Assembly: GCA_041655695.1 (NCBI GenBank)
Contig: JBBAEW010000004.1
Span: 1-60,448, forward strand
Origin: Saccharofermentanales bacterium
Lineage (GTDB): Bacteria > Bacillota > Clostridia > Saccharofermentanales > DTU023
Direction of reading: 5' to 3'
Length of the DNA stretch: 60,448 nt
The notes beneath the pieces were generated by a model that made no database searches, had not been told where the DNA came from, and saw nothing but the letters and a program-made list of their open reading frames with translations. This document shows, one piece after another, positions 36,508 through 46,876 of this stretch. Both the position numbers and the translations under genes were made by a program. Numbering within the stretch: position 1 is the first letter of the stretch; every line of letters starts with the position of its first letter.

Positions 36508-38349
36508 TCAGTTCTCCTGGTCGCCCGTTTGCGGCAAAGTTTCCTCAAGTGACAGCTGGCCGGCATAATCTGATTTGGACAACTGGGGGATCTGATAGAT
36601 CTCTTTATAGCCCTCAAAGAGCCGGGCAAAGGACTGTTCCTTGCGGTAGCTCTGCAGGAAGGCGTGGTGGTCCAGGCTGTCACGCGAAAGCTCGATCATG
36701 CTGACAGCGATGTTGGAGCAGTGGTCAGCCATCCGCTCCATACTGGTCAGAATATCCATGAAAACAAAGCCCAGCTCCAGGGTACATTGCCCCACCTGCA
36801 GCCGCTGGACATGGCGGGCCTGGAGTTCATCCGTCAGATCGTCAATCACTTCCTCCAGGGGCTCCACGTGGGTGGCAAGCTCCAGGTCATCCTGGACAAA
36901 GGCCTGAACCGTGATATCAATCAGCTGGTTGAGGGCCAGGGTATAGACCGCCAGCTCCTCGACCGCCCCTTCTGAAAATATAATCTGCTTTTCGGCCATT
37001 TCCTTGCCTGAGTAAGCCAGGCTGAGGGCGTGGTCCGACATGCGCTCAAAGTCGCTGAGGCTTTGCATGATCAGGGTCAATTCACGTTTATCCCGATCGC
37101 TCAGCTGGCGGGCGCTGATCTGGACCAGATAGGTTCCCAGGCGGTCTTCATACTGGTCGACCAGATCCTCCAGAGCCCGGCTCTCCTTATAATTCTGCGC
37201 GTCAAAATGACCGATCAGGGCAATGCACAGGGCGTACTGCCTGCGGACCAGGCCGGCCATCCGATTGACCAGTTGCCTGCTCTGGCTGACAGCGAAGCCC
37301 GGGGTCTCCAGAAAACGGGCGTCCAAGGCCGCAAAATTATCTGTCTCTTCCGCAGGGTCCAGGGCCTCTCCGGCCCTGGCGGGAGTGATCCAGGTGACAA
37401 ATTTGACCAGGAGGCCGCGCAGGGGCAGGAAGAGGGCTGTCGCCCCAATTTTGTAGGCTGTATTCAGGATGGCGATGTCAACCGGATTAGGGTTGTGGGC
37501 CAGGAATTCCAGGGGTTTAAGAAAATTCACCAGATAAAAGGCCGACATGAAAACGAAGGTCCCCATGACATTGAAGACCAGGTGGATCAGGGCCGCCCGT
37601 TTGGCGTTTTTGGAAGTGTTGACGCTGGAGATCAGGGCCGTGACACAGGTCCCGATGTTCTGCCCCATGATGATGGGGACTGCCGCTCCGTAGGTGACCG
37701 CTCCGGTCAGCGAGAAGGCCTGCAGGATTCCGATGGATGCAGAGGAGCTCTGGATGACTGCCGTCAGGACCGCACCCACCATGAGACCCACCCAGGGGTT
37801 GGTGAAGGCGATAAACAAACGTTGAAAAGACGGATGCTCTGCAAGCGGCAAGACCGCACCGCTCATCGTTTGCATCCCGAGCATGAGAATGACGAATCCA
37901 ACTGTAATACGGCTGATATTACGCTTACGGTTATCCTTGGAGAACAAGATGGTAGCGACAGCCAGAACCGCGAGCAAGGGGACGAAAAATGATGGGTTAA
38001 ATATCCTCAGAAATGAGTTGTTGACGTGGATGGTCCCCAAGCTCAAGATCCAGGCAGTCACCGTAGTTCCTATGTTAGCGCCCATGATCAAACCGACTGT
38101 TTGGGCTAAAGGTAACAAGCCTGCATTGACCAGCCCTACAACCATGACAGTCGTAGCGGACGACGACTGAATAATGGCTGTGATCCCTGCTCCCAGAAGA
38201 ACAGCCCTGATGGGATTCGAGGTCACTCGTTCCATCACAACCTTGAGACGCGATCCTGACGCCAGCATCAAACTGTCGCTCATCTCGTTCATCCCATAAA
38301 GAAAAAGAGCCAGTCCTCCGAAGAGGGTTATTATTGAGAATATATCCAT
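36508..38349 (-). CDS. Na/Pi cotransporter family protein with C-terminal PhoU domains
   Basis: GGLALFLYGM, IQSSSATT, MGANIGTT, second IQSSSAS/GQNIGT, ERMSDH and ERMADH PhoU repeats. True start ATG 38349, not the track start 39012. Confidence 0.92.
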   Translation of the reverse strand: MDIFSIITLFGGLALFLYGMNEMSDSLMLASGSRLKVVMERVTSNPIRAVLLGAGITAIIQSSSATTVMVVGLVNAGLLPLAQTVGLIMGANIGTTVTAWILSLGTIHVNNSFLRIFNPSFFVPLLAVLAVATILFSKDNRKRNISRITVGFVILMLGMQTMSGAVLPLAEHPSFQRLFIAFTNPWVGLMVGAVLTAVIQSSSASIGILQAFSLTGAVTYGAAVPIIMGQNIGTCVTALISSVNTSKNAKRAALIHLVFNVMGTFVFMSAFYLVNFLKPLEFLAHNPNPVDIAILNTAYKIGATALFLPLRGLLVKFVTWITPARAGEALDPAEETDNFAALDARFLETPGFAVSQSRQLVNRMAGLVRRQYALCIALIGHFDAQNYKESRALEDLVDQYEDRLGTYLVQISARQLSDRDKRELTLIMQSLSDFERMSDHALSLAYSGKEMAEKQIIFSEGAVEELAVYTLALNQLIDITVQAFVQDDLELATHVEPLEEVIDDLTDELQARHVQRLQVGQCTLELGFVFMDILTSMERMADHCSNIAVSMIELSRDSLDHHAFLQSYRKEQSFARLFEGYKEIYQIPQLSKSDYAGQLSLEETLPQTGDQEN

Positions 38350-38499
38350 GTTTACCCGGCTGGCGTCAACGTCCGAACAAGCCCAACCTCGGTTATTATA
38401 CTCAATAATGCCGGTCTTGCGTAGCCCGCGGTCCCGCCGGTTGGCAAGATCTCCGATGCTATACTGTTCAGTAAGATTAAAGACAAAGGATCGACAGCG

Positions 38500-39456
38500 A
38501 TGATCACAGTAATTGGCAGCTTGAACATGGACTTGGTGGTCACAGCCAAACGCGCCCCTGAGCAAGGAGAAACGGTGACGGGCATAAGCTTCGATCAATT
38601 CCCGGGCGGCAAGGGAGCCAATCAGGCTCTGGCGGCCGCGAGGAGCGGGGCCCAAACGGCCCTGGCCGGCCGGGTCGGCCGGGACGCTTTCGGCCAGGCC
38701 CTGATCCAGGCCCTGTCCCGGGATTCCCTGGACCTGTCCGCCCTCAAAGAAGTAGCGGAAGCCCCTACCGGCATCGCGGCCATTACAGTGGATGAGGCCG
38801 GCCACAACCGGATTGTGGTTGTACCGGGAGCCAACGGCACCTTCAGCGCCTCCCAGATGGAGGCCTTCCGCCCCCTGCTGGCCGCATCCAACGTCCTCCT
38901 CCTGCAGTTCGAGATCCCCATGGATGCCGTTGAAGCAGCCATAAGCCTGGCCCGTGAAGAAGGCACCTTCTGCATGGTCAATCCCGCTCCGGCAGAGCCT
39001 TTGGCAGATCACCTCTATCCTCTGATTGATCTTCTGACCCCCAATGAAACGGAGCTGTCCCAGCTGACCGGAGAGAGCGATTGGCGCCTGGGCGGCCGGA
39101 AGCTGATTGCCAGGGGCCTGGAAACCCTGGTGGTGACTTTGGGTGCCCAGGGTTCTTTGGCCATGAAGGCAGATGTCCAGCAGCTGACCCCCGCCTACCG
39201 GGTCAGGATGGTCGACTCAACCGCGGCTGGTGATTGTTTCAACGGGAGCCTGGCGGCCGGAATCGACGCCATGATGGGACCCAAGGCCCCCGGCAGACGG
39301 CACTTCAAGCCCAGCCTGGAAGAGCTGGCCCCTGCCCTGGACCGGGCATCACGGGCGGCAGCCATATCCGTCACCCGCAGGGGAGCCCAGCCTTCCATCC
39401 CTCTGGCAGAGGAAATCGACGATTTCGACGCCTGGTATCCCCTCCACCGCCTATGA
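38500..39456 (+). CDS. rbsK: Ribokinase
   Basis: GSLNMDLV, PGGKGANQA, VVPGAN, NPAPA, PNETE, DSTAAGDCFNG, GAQPSIP. Confidence 0.92.
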   Translation: MITVIGSLNMDLVVTAKRAPEQGETVTGISFDQFPGGKGANQALAAARSGAQTALAGRVGRDAFGQALIQALSRDSLDLSALKEVAEAPTGIAAITVDEAGHNRIVVVPGANGTFSASQMEAFRPLLAASNVLLLQFEIPMDAVEAAISLAREEGTFCMVNPAPAEPLADHLYPLIDLLTPNETELSQLTGESDWRLGGRKLIARGLETLVVTLGAQGSLAMKADVQQLTPAYRVRMVDSTAAGDCFNGSLAAGIDAMMGPKAPGRRHFKPSLEELAPALDRASRAAAISVTRRGAQPSIPLAEEIDDFDAWYPLHRL

Positions 39457-40214
39457 GAAGGAAACAGCCCATCTTTCTCTCCTGCTCCCCGGAAGGCCTG
39501 CTGATCGACTGCCTCTTTACCTACAACCGCCGGGCTTTTCTGCCCCTCCAAAAAGAGAACCTCCAAGGACGCCCCGTCTCTGATCTGATCGAAGAGGGCA
39601 TCGCCGGCAACTGGTCCGGTTCCTTTGAAATGACCGCCCCCCTGCAGGAGGCTCTTTCAAGCTTCTGTCAAAAGACCGGGGATCCCGACTTCTTCTCCAG
39701 GTCTGACCGCCTGCCTGTCCAAGTCCGCATCAGCCGATACGAAAAGGGCTGGCTGCCGCCCTCCCTGGCCTCTTTGAAGAACTTCCTGTCCGGCAGGAGG
39801 CGGCCTGCCCGTATCTATGTCAGAAAAAGCCTCATTCTGCCGGCCCACGCGGCAAGTCCCCTCCACCGCCGCCTCTGGGGCATCCTGAAAACAGGTCAGC
39901 TGGAGAGCATGGGCTTCAACTGGAGCCTCATGCACCCCGGCTATATGACCATCCCCCTGGACACACCCCCCCACCGCCTTTTACAGGTGGCCGCCCACGA
40001 AGCCGGCCATCTTCTGGGCCTGGGCGACGCCTACGCGGCCTGGTACCGTTTCTTCCGGGCAGCGCCTGACACCAGGGGCTTTATGATGCGTGACAATTCA
40101 AACGTACAGAGCCTGGAAGTGGCCATGGTTCTTGGTGCCCACACAAGCGGCCGTATGCAGTACTTTCCCCGCCGCCTGCGGTCAGGGAAAAAAGGTAACA
40201 AGCAGCCCCTGTAA
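39453..40214 (+). CDS. Hypothetical protein with a zincin-like HExxHxxGxxD motif
   Basis: AAHEAGHLLGLGDAY followed by a Met-turn-like FMM. ATG 39453 overlaps the rbsK stop. Confidence 0.6.
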   Translation: MRRKQPIFLSCSPEGLLIDCLFTYNRRAFLPLQKENLQGRPVSDLIEEGIAGNWSGSFEMTAPLQEALSSFCQKTGDPDFFSRSDRLPVQVRISRYEKGWLPPSLASLKNFLSGRRRPARIYVRKSLILPAHAASPLHRRLWGILKTGQLESMGFNWSLMHPGYMTIPLDTPPHRLLQVAAHEAGHLLGLGDAYAAWYRFFRAAPDTRGFMMRDNSNVQSLEVAMVLGAHTSGRMQYFPRRLRSGKKGNKQPL

Positions 40215-40327
40215 GGGTCCTCAAGCGGCCCCGATTGTCATCGGAGCCCCGGTAGTCTATTCTGTTCTTTAGCCTTCCATAAGGCTTATCCGGCCAGACC
40301 GGAAATACACGTCAAGGAGGAACTGGT

Positions 40328-42130
40328 ATGCCTAATCAAAAATTGAGCCAAGATCTGCAATCTGCAGACCATAAGAAAGAGCAGGTTCTGGACACGACGC
40401 AAGCCGGCGCTGATGACGGACCGGACATGCATGCCTTCTGGCACAGCAGTTCCCACGTCCTGGCCCATGCGGTCAAGAGCCTTTGGCCTGAAACCAAGCT
40501 GGCCATCGGGCCTGCCATCGAGCAGGGTTTCTATTACGACTTTGACCGGGAGGGCGGCTTTTCAGCCGAAGACCTGGAAGCCATCGAGGCAAAGATGAAA
40601 GAGATCATCAAGGCCAACTACAAGATCGAACGCTTCACCCTTCCCCGTGACCAGGCCATCGACTACGTAAAATCCACAGATGAGCCCTACAAGCTGGAAA
40701 TGGTTCTGGCTCTGCCCGAAGACGAGGAAATCTCCTTCTATCGTCAGGGGGATTTCACGGACCTTTGTGCCGGCCCCCACCTGCGCTACACCAAACAGAT
40801 CAAGGCCTTCAAGCTGACCTCTGTTTCGGGCGCCTATTGGCACGGGGATGAAAAAAATAAGATGCTGACCCGCATCTATGGCATCTCCTTCCCCAGGAAG
40901 GAGGACCTGGACAAGCACCTGGCCATGCTGGAGGAGGCCAAGGCCCGCGACCACCGCAAACTGGGCCGCGAGCTTGAGCTTTTCATGATGTCGGAGGCCG
41001 GACCCGGCTTCCCCTTCATGCTGCCCAAGGGTATGGTCCTCCGGGATCTCCTGGTGGACTACTGGAAGAAGCTCCACGACAAGGCCGGCTATCAGCTGAT
41101 CTCCACCCCCATCATCCTGTCCAGGACTCTGTGGGAAGAGTCGGGTCACTGGGATCATTACAAGGACAACATGTACACGGTCAAGATCGACGAAGAGGAC
41201 TACGCCGTCAAACCCATGAACTGTCCGGGAGCCATGCTGGTCTACAAGAGCAAGCCCCACTCATACCGGGATCTGCCCATCCGCATGGGTGAACTGGGCC
41301 TGGTGCACCGGCATGAGAAGTCGGGCGCCCTGCACGGCATGATGCGGGTGCGGGCCTTTACCCAGGATGACGCCCATCTCTTCATGACCCCTGACCAGAT
41401 GGCGGACGAAATCGGCGGCATTGTCCGCCTGATCGATGACCTCTACCGGAGCTTCAACTTCGATTACCGGGTGGAGCTTTCAACCCGGCCGGAGAATGCC
41501 ATGGGTTCCCTGGAAGACTGGAACCTGGCCGAGAAGGTCCTCAAGGGTGTCCTGGATGACCTGGGCGCTGACTACACCATCAACGAAGGCGACGGTGCCT
41601 TCTACGGACCCAAGATCGACTTCCATGTCCGGGACGCCATCGGCCGCAGCTGGCAGTGCGGAACCATCCAGCTGGACTTCCAGATGCCCCAGCGCTTTGA
41701 CCTGGAGTATGTGGGGTCCGACGGTGAAAAACACCGGCCCATCGTAGTCCACCGGGTTGCCTACGGTGCCCTGGAACGCTTCATGGCCATTCTGATCGAG
41801 CACTTCGCGGGCAAATTCCCCTTCTGGATGTCGCCCGACCAGATCCGGGTTCTCTCCATCTCCCAGCAGAACATGGACTACGCCGCAGATGCGGTCGCAA
41901 AACTCAAAGAGGCAGGCCTGCGGGTCCAAGCGGATGTCCGGGATGAGAAAGTCGGCTACAAAATCAGGGAGGCCCAATTGGCCAAGGTCCCCTACATGCT
42001 GATCGTCGGCGACAAGGAAAGCCAGGAAGGGACCGTGTCGGTCCGCAGCCGGGACCAGGGTGACCTGGGCACCATGCCGCTTGAAGATTTCATTGAAAGG
42101 GCCAGAGCTGAGAACCAATCAGGCCTTTAG
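40328..42130 (+). CDS. thrS: Threonine--tRNA ligase (lacks N-terminal TGS domain)
   Basis: HSSSHVLAHA editing motif, DLCAGPH, RDHRKLG, KPMNCP, RVRAFTQDDAH, AFYGPKID, HRVAYG, anticodon-binding domain. Confidence 0.97.
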   Translation: MPNQKLSQDLQSADHKKEQVLDTTQAGADDGPDMHAFWHSSSHVLAHAVKSLWPETKLAIGPAIEQGFYYDFDREGGFSAEDLEAIEAKMKEIIKANYKIERFTLPRDQAIDYVKSTDEPYKLEMVLALPEDEEISFYRQGDFTDLCAGPHLRYTKQIKAFKLTSVSGAYWHGDEKNKMLTRIYGISFPRKEDLDKHLAMLEEAKARDHRKLGRELELFMMSEAGPGFPFMLPKGMVLRDLLVDYWKKLHDKAGYQLISTPIILSRTLWEESGHWDHYKDNMYTVKIDEEDYAVKPMNCPGAMLVYKSKPHSYRDLPIRMGELGLVHRHEKSGALHGMMRVRAFTQDDAHLFMTPDQMADEIGGIVRLIDDLYRSFNFDYRVELSTRPENAMGSLEDWNLAEKVLKGVLDDLGADYTINEGDGAFYGPKIDFHVRDAIGRSWQCGTIQLDFQMPQRFDLEYVGSDGEKHRPIVVHRVAYGALERFMAILIEHFAGKFPFWMSPDQIRVLSISQQNMDYAADAVAKLKEAGLRVQADVRDEKVGYKIREAQLAKVPYMLIVGDKESQEGTVSVRSRDQGDLGTMPLEDFIERARAENQSGL

Positions 42131-42150
42131 TCAGCATGAAACAGGCATTG

Positions 42151-42186
42151 AAAGAGGCTGCCTCCCGGGGAGACAGCCTCTTTTTC
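42151..42186. terminator. Bidirectional terminator after thrS
   Basis: AAAGAGGCTGCCTCCC-GGGGAGACAGCCTCTTTTTT. Confidence 0.8.
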
Positions 42187-42206
42187 ATGATCCGGTGAAA
42201 ATCGGG

Positions 42207-42878
42207 TCACGCATCCTGCAGAAGGATTCCGTCCCGCATCTGGTAGGTCACATCCACCATATCCATGATCTCGCGGTCATGGGTCACGATGGCGACACAG
42301 TAGTTATCATGGTGGGCAAGGTCGGCCAACAGTTCAATGATGGCCCTGGCCGTTGCCGTATCCAGGTTGCCCGTCGGCTCGTCTGCCAGGATCAGGTCGG
42401 TATCCATGGCCAGGGCCCGGGCGATGGCAACGCGCTGCTGTTCCCCGCCCGAGAGCATGGAGGGGAAGCGGTTGAACTCCTCCTCTCCCAGATGCACGCT
42501 GCGAATATAGTCCTGGGCACGCTTCCTGGCTTCACGCGGCTTGATGCCGTGCAGTTCCATGGGGTACATGACGTTCTCCAGGGCGGTAAGCAAGGGGAAG
42601 AGGCGGAAGCTCTGGTAAATGATGGCCACCTGTTCGCGACGATACTTATCAAGGTCCAGATCCCGGGTGGATTGGCCGCGGAAATAAACATGGCCCTGCC
42701 TGGGAAGATCCAAACCCGCCATCAAAGAGAGCATGGTGGATTTGCCGCTCCCGCTCTTTCCCATGATGGCATAGATCTTGCCCTGCTCGAAGCTGCAGCT
42801 GACATTCTCAAGCGCCTCTACCGTCTGATAGCGGTTGACGTAGCTGTATTGAACGGAATCCAGGCGGATGATCGACAT
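42207..42878 (-). CDS. LolD/MacB-type ABC ATP-binding protein
   Basis: [37 protein letters not shown]. Confidence 0.93.
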   Translation of the reverse strand: MSIIRLDSVQYSYVNRYQTVEALENVSCSFEQGKIYAIMGKSGSGKSTMLSLMAGLDLPRQGHVYFRGQSTRDLDLDKYRREQVAIIYQSFRLFPLLTALENVMYPMELHGIKPREARKRAQDYIRSVHLGEEEFNRFPSMLSGGEQQRVAIARALAMDTDLILADEPTGNLDTATARAIIELLADLAHHDNYCVAIVTHDREIMDMVDVTYQMRDGILLQDA

Positions 42879-42890
42879 GTCTTGATCCTC

Positions 42891-45800
42891 TTATTCTTTC
42901 TCACTTAAGACGCTTAAGGCCGACTTGCGGTTCTGCAGGATGATGGAGATGAAGGCGCTGGCGACATAACCCATCATGAAGGCATAGGTCTTGACTGACA
43001 GGAGTTCGGCAGGTCCCCGCAAAAACAGCCACAAGACGGCTCCTATCCCGCCCCCCAGCAGGAGGAGGAGGGCCTGTTCACCGAAGATGGTTCGGAAGAT
43101 GGCGCTCTTTTTGGTTCCCAGGCTTCGCATGAGGGCAATATTTTCGCGCCTGGCCCTGACTGACAGGAAGCCCGTCAGAAGGCCCAGCAGCATGACCAGG
43201 ACAAGGAGAACCGGGTAGAGCAGTTCCAGATAGAAGCTCCTCTGATCGATCGAGCGGACTGACTCCAAAAACTGGGAATCTTCTAGGACAATACTAGAGC
43301 TCAGACTGCCCTTGACCCCCGGTCCGGAAAAACCGTTGACCTCAAGCGAATCCCGGACCTCAGTCAGCCTGGCGGGATCTTTTATCTTGAAGGTCATGGA
43401 CGAAAGGTAGTAATTATCCAGACTGATGTCCAGAATCTGCTGGTCATTAAACTCTTTCCAAAAGCCGAAGGGCACCCGATATCTCCCCGTCTCCAGTTCC
43501 AGATCGGCCCTGCCCATCTCCTGCAGAATAGTCCTGAGGGACGAATTCTCAGGTTCCAGGGCGCCCAGCGGCAGGGGGGCGTAGATATGATTCCAGGCCG
43601 TCAAACCTTTAAATGAACCGACCACCTCTGCCTCCATGAACCGAAGAGAGGGCGAGTGCGCTTCGTAGAAGTGATCCTGGGTATAGAAGCTGATGGTGTC
43701 CCCGTACTCAATGCCATAGGCACTCATCATGGCGTCGGGTATGATCACCGGCAGTATGTCCCAGTCCCTGCGGCTGAATCGCTCCTGGCTCCACCCTTCC
43801 ATGAAGCTGCCAAGAAATTGGGAAAAGAGGAACTCCGGAGCCTGACTCACCTGATCCGTGAAAACGATGTTGGGCTGATAGTACAAGGCTGCCAGTACAT
43901 TTTCCAACTGGTAGGAACTGGTAATGATGGGCATGTCCTGGGCATCCCCGGGGGAGCCGTCCGCATGCCGGTCAACCCCCAGATATTGATAGTGGGTCTT
44001 GTAGCTGTAAGCTACCTCCTCTATCCCCTGGACATGGTCCAGGAGAGTTTTCGCCTGGCTGTTGGGAATCACCAGTTGATCGGAGAAGTGTCCGTCCCTC
44101 TTGGAGGCATAGCCTGTCAGGACCGTCCCCTCATGGAGTTCATTCCGCGCAAGCTTATAGGAAGTGAGCATTTGCGGGATGGAAGCCAGGAAGAGGAGGG
44201 TGGTCACTGCCAGGAGAAGAGTGAGAAAAGAGCGCCCCTTGCTTCTGCGCATGGCCAGAAGAGCCTGCCGCAAGGACCCCCGAAAGGCAACCGATGAATC
44301 TTTGACAGGGCGGGGAATATGAACCTTCTCCCGATGGCTGATCAGACGACCGCTTATGGTCCGCTCGGCAAAATAGAGCAGGAGACCCAGAGCCAGAACC
44401 AGAACCGCCAGGCCGACGGCGACGGCAAAGCCATAGGACAGGCTAATGACCGGACTGAAGGACTTGACCAGGCCATGGAAACCATCGCTGTAGCGAATGT
44501 CCACCACCTGAAGGTCAGAGACAAAATCAAGGACGTAGGAAACCAGGTCCTCCGCATAATGCATGCCAATGAGAATCCCGCCTGTAACGGCCGCCAAACT
44601 GATGAGGCCGGAGCCCGCAAGGAGATAGCGCCGGCTCTCCTTTTTGGTGGCGCCGAAGCTGCGCATGATACCGACAGCCTCGCGCTGGGAACCGGCGTAC
44701 TGATAGGCGAAGAAGATGAGAACGGACAGGGTCAGAAAGAAAGTGATGATCGAAAGGGCAACGGAGGCCTTGCGGACGACCGAAATGGAATCCGCCATGG
44801 TCTGGTAGCCCTGGTCATAGGCGGTGACGACGATGTCGTCGGACAGGTAGGGCTGGATCTCTGAAAGGAAGCTTGCCGTACTGCCGTTCTCAATGGTTGC
44901 CTGTCCCAGGTTGGTGTCGTAGCCGGTAGGCCGGGCGTTGACCGCGGCTGCGGCCACGTAGATATTCTCATGGTAGTTCTCATGGTAGCCGACAATACCG
45001 ACGATCTCATAAGTCTCCTGACGGGTCAGCTCCAGGCCCCACTCATAAAAGCCGGCAACAGCCTCTTCTGGCATAAGGACAGTCAAGTCATCGCCAAGCT
45101 CCAGCTCCAGGCGGTTGGCCACCGTGGTGGAGATCACCGCCAGCTTCTTACCCGCCTCCGCCTCTTCTCTTGTAAAAAGGCGTCCCGCTTCCAGAAGAAG
45201 ATAGTTCTGATGAAATTCTTCGATCTCTGAGAGATCTTTGACGCTGTAAACGGGCAGGGCACGGTTCATGGCGTCATAATAAGCGGCAATTTCATAATAA
45301 ATGGCTGTCTCAGGTGTCAGAGGGTCCTGGTCGGGCCTGACCTCGCAGAAGGGGCTGATGGCGCCTGTATCAATGCCGTGATCTTCTGCCCTGCTGCTGT
45401 AAAAGGGGACGATCTGTAAGGCCAGTCCGCTCCCATCAAGGTTCATGTTTTGCGTATGAATGATGTAAGTGGCACCCTGGTCGGGCTCAAAGCCCACTTC
45501 TTCGAAGCTGCCCTGGAAATAGATGGTTCGACCGGGCTCGTAGGGCTTCATGGAATACAAGGTTTCCACGACTTTCCCAGTATAGGAGCCTTGAGCGTTG
45601 TAAGGCCGAAGGCCGGTTACCAGGAAGACACCCGTATAAGCGTAGCGCGAACTCCTTGCCTTGGACATGAAGCCCTGGGCGGATCCGTAGGAGACACTGG
45701 AGGGCTGCCAGTCTTTGACATGCACATTGGATGCCAGGGCATCAAAATCGATGGCCTCAAGATCTGCCAGAACCTCCGAAGAGAGGTAGCCCTCTCCTGT

Positions 45801-45995
45801 TCCGCCTACATCCCGATACTTGAGTGTCACGATGGTCGTGAAAACCTGGTTGCTGTCCCGCAGGATGGCCCTGCTGGCGAACCAGGTGTTGAGGGAAAGG
45901 AAGAGAAAGACCGTGACTGCCGCAATCAAAAGAAGGAAGAGGCCCGTGCGCACGGGTGTTCTGACCGTGCTTTTGATACTGTTTCGGAAATTCAC
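42891..45995 (-). CDS. Large duplicated FtsX/MacB-type ABC exporter permease
   Basis: Two repeats of TM, large extracellular loop and 3 TM with MRSFGA/MRSLGT motifs. GTG 45995 after GGGAGG. Confidence 0.85.
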   Translation of the reverse strand: MNFRNSIKSTVRTPVRTGLFLLLIAAVTVFLFLSLNTWFASRAILRDSNQVFTTIVTLKYRDVGGTGEGYLSSEVLADLEAIDFDALASNVHVKDWQPSSVSYGSAQGFMSKARSSRYAYTGVFLVTGLRPYNAQGSYTGKVVETLYSMKPYEPGRTIYFQGSFEEVGFEPDQGATYIIHTQNMNLDGSGLALQIVPFYSSRAEDHGIDTGAISPFCEVRPDQDPLTPETAIYYEIAAYYDAMNRALPVYSVKDLSEIEEFHQNYLLLEAGRLFTREEAEAGKKLAVISTTVANRLELELGDDLTVLMPEEAVAGFYEWGLELTRQETYEIVGIVGYHENYHENIYVAAAAVNARPTGYDTNLGQATIENGSTASFLSEIQPYLSDDIVVTAYDQGYQTMADSISVVRKASVALSIITFFLTLSVLIFFAYQYAGSQREAVGIMRSFGATKKESRRYLLAGSGLISLAAVTGGILIGMHYAEDLVSYVLDFVSDLQVVDIRYSDGFHGLVKSFSPVISLSYGFAVAVGLAVLVLALGLLLYFAERTISGRLISHREKVHIPRPVKDSSVAFRGSLRQALLAMRRSKGRSFLTLLLAVTTLLFLASIPQMLTSYKLARNELHEGTVLTGYASKRDGHFSDQLVIPNSQAKTLLDHVQGIEEVAYSYKTHYQYLGVDRHADGSPGDAQDMPIITSSYQLENVLAALYYQPNIVFTDQVSQAPEFLFSQFLGSFMEGWSQERFSRRDWDILPVIIPDAMMSAYGIEYGDTISFYTQDHFYEAHSPSLRFMEAEVVGSFKGLTAWNHIYAPLPLGALEPENSSLRTILQEMGRADLELETGRYRVPFGFWKEFNDQQILDISLDNYYLSSMTFKIKDPARLTEVRDSLEVNGFSGPGVKGSLSSSIVLEDSQFLESVRSIDQRSFYLELLYPVLLVLVMLLGLLTGFLSVRARRENIALMRSLGTKKSAIFRTIFGEQALLLLLGGGIGAVLWLFLRGPAELLSVKTYAFMMGYVASAFISIILQNRKSALSVLSEKE

Positions 45996-46100
45996 CTTCA
46001 GCCTCCCTGCGGATAATCCAATCAACAGCATAACACACCGCCATAAAAAAACCGGATAATCCGGTAACTCAAAGCCCCATGTCCAACCCGCACTTACATG

Positions 46101-46150
46101 AAAAAGAGGCTGTCCCTGACACTTGCCAGTTTTTGAGACAGCCTCTTATT
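46101..46150. terminator. Hairpin/terminator after deoD
   Basis: AAAAAGAGGCTGTC...GAGACAGCCTCTT; T-run on the minus strand. Confidence 0.7.
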
Positions 46151-46156
46151 TATCAA

Positions 46157-46876
46157 TCAGGCCGGGGCGATCTCCAGAGCCAGCTCCATCATCTGCCGGT
46201 AGCCTTCCTGGCGGGCCTCCGGGGTGTCGGACTCCTGGGTCAGGATGTGATCGCTGACCGTGAACATGCCCAGGGCCCGCTTGCCAAACTGCCTGGCCTT
46301 CATGTAGAGGCCGGCCGATTCCATCTCAGCGCAGAGAGCGCCGTAGTCCATGAGGTTCTTGAAGACCGGATCGGGCAGGTTGGTGTAAAACTGATCCGAG
46401 CTGAGAACGGTTCCCGCATGGACCCGGATCCCCATCTCTTTGGCCTTGGCATAGGCCTCAATCAGGAGATCGAAATCAGGGGTGGGGCAGAAGTCGTAGG
46501 GTCCGAAGAGGCCATGATTGATCTTGGAATCTGTATTGGCGGCCGTGGCCAGAACCAGGTCGTGCAGATGGATATAGGGCTGCATGGCGCCTGTGCTGCC
46601 GATCCGGATAATGGTCTCAACTCCGTAAAAGGCGTAAAGTTCGTGAATATAAATCATGGAGGAGGGAATGCCCATCCCCGACCCCATGACCGAGACACGC
46701 TTGCCTTTGTAAAAACCTGTATAACCCAGCATGCCGCGCACCTGGTTGAAGAGGATAGGCTGGTCCAGGTAAGTCTCAGCCACAAATTTGGCCCGGAGCG
46801 GGTCGCCCGGCATCAGGACGGTAGAGGCGATTTCGTCGGGGCTTTTGGCTTGGATATGGGGGGTTGGGATACTCAT
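46157..46876 (-). CDS. deoD: Purine nucleoside phosphorylase DeoD-type
   Basis: TPHI, MPGDPLRAK, VRGMLGYTG, GSGMGIPS, RIGSTG, EMESAGLY, TVSDH. Confidence 0.96.
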   Translation of the reverse strand: MSIPTPHIQAKSPDEIASTVLMPGDPLRAKFVAETYLDQPILFNQVRGMLGYTGFYKGKRVSVMGSGMGIPSSMIYIHELYAFYGVETIIRIGSTGAMQPYIHLHDLVLATAANTDSKINHGLFGPYDFCPTPDFDLLIEAYAKAKEMGIRVHAGTVLSSDQFYTNLPDPVFKNLMDYGALCAEMESAGLYMKARQFGKRALGMFTVSDHILTQESDTPEARQEGYRQMMELALEIAPA

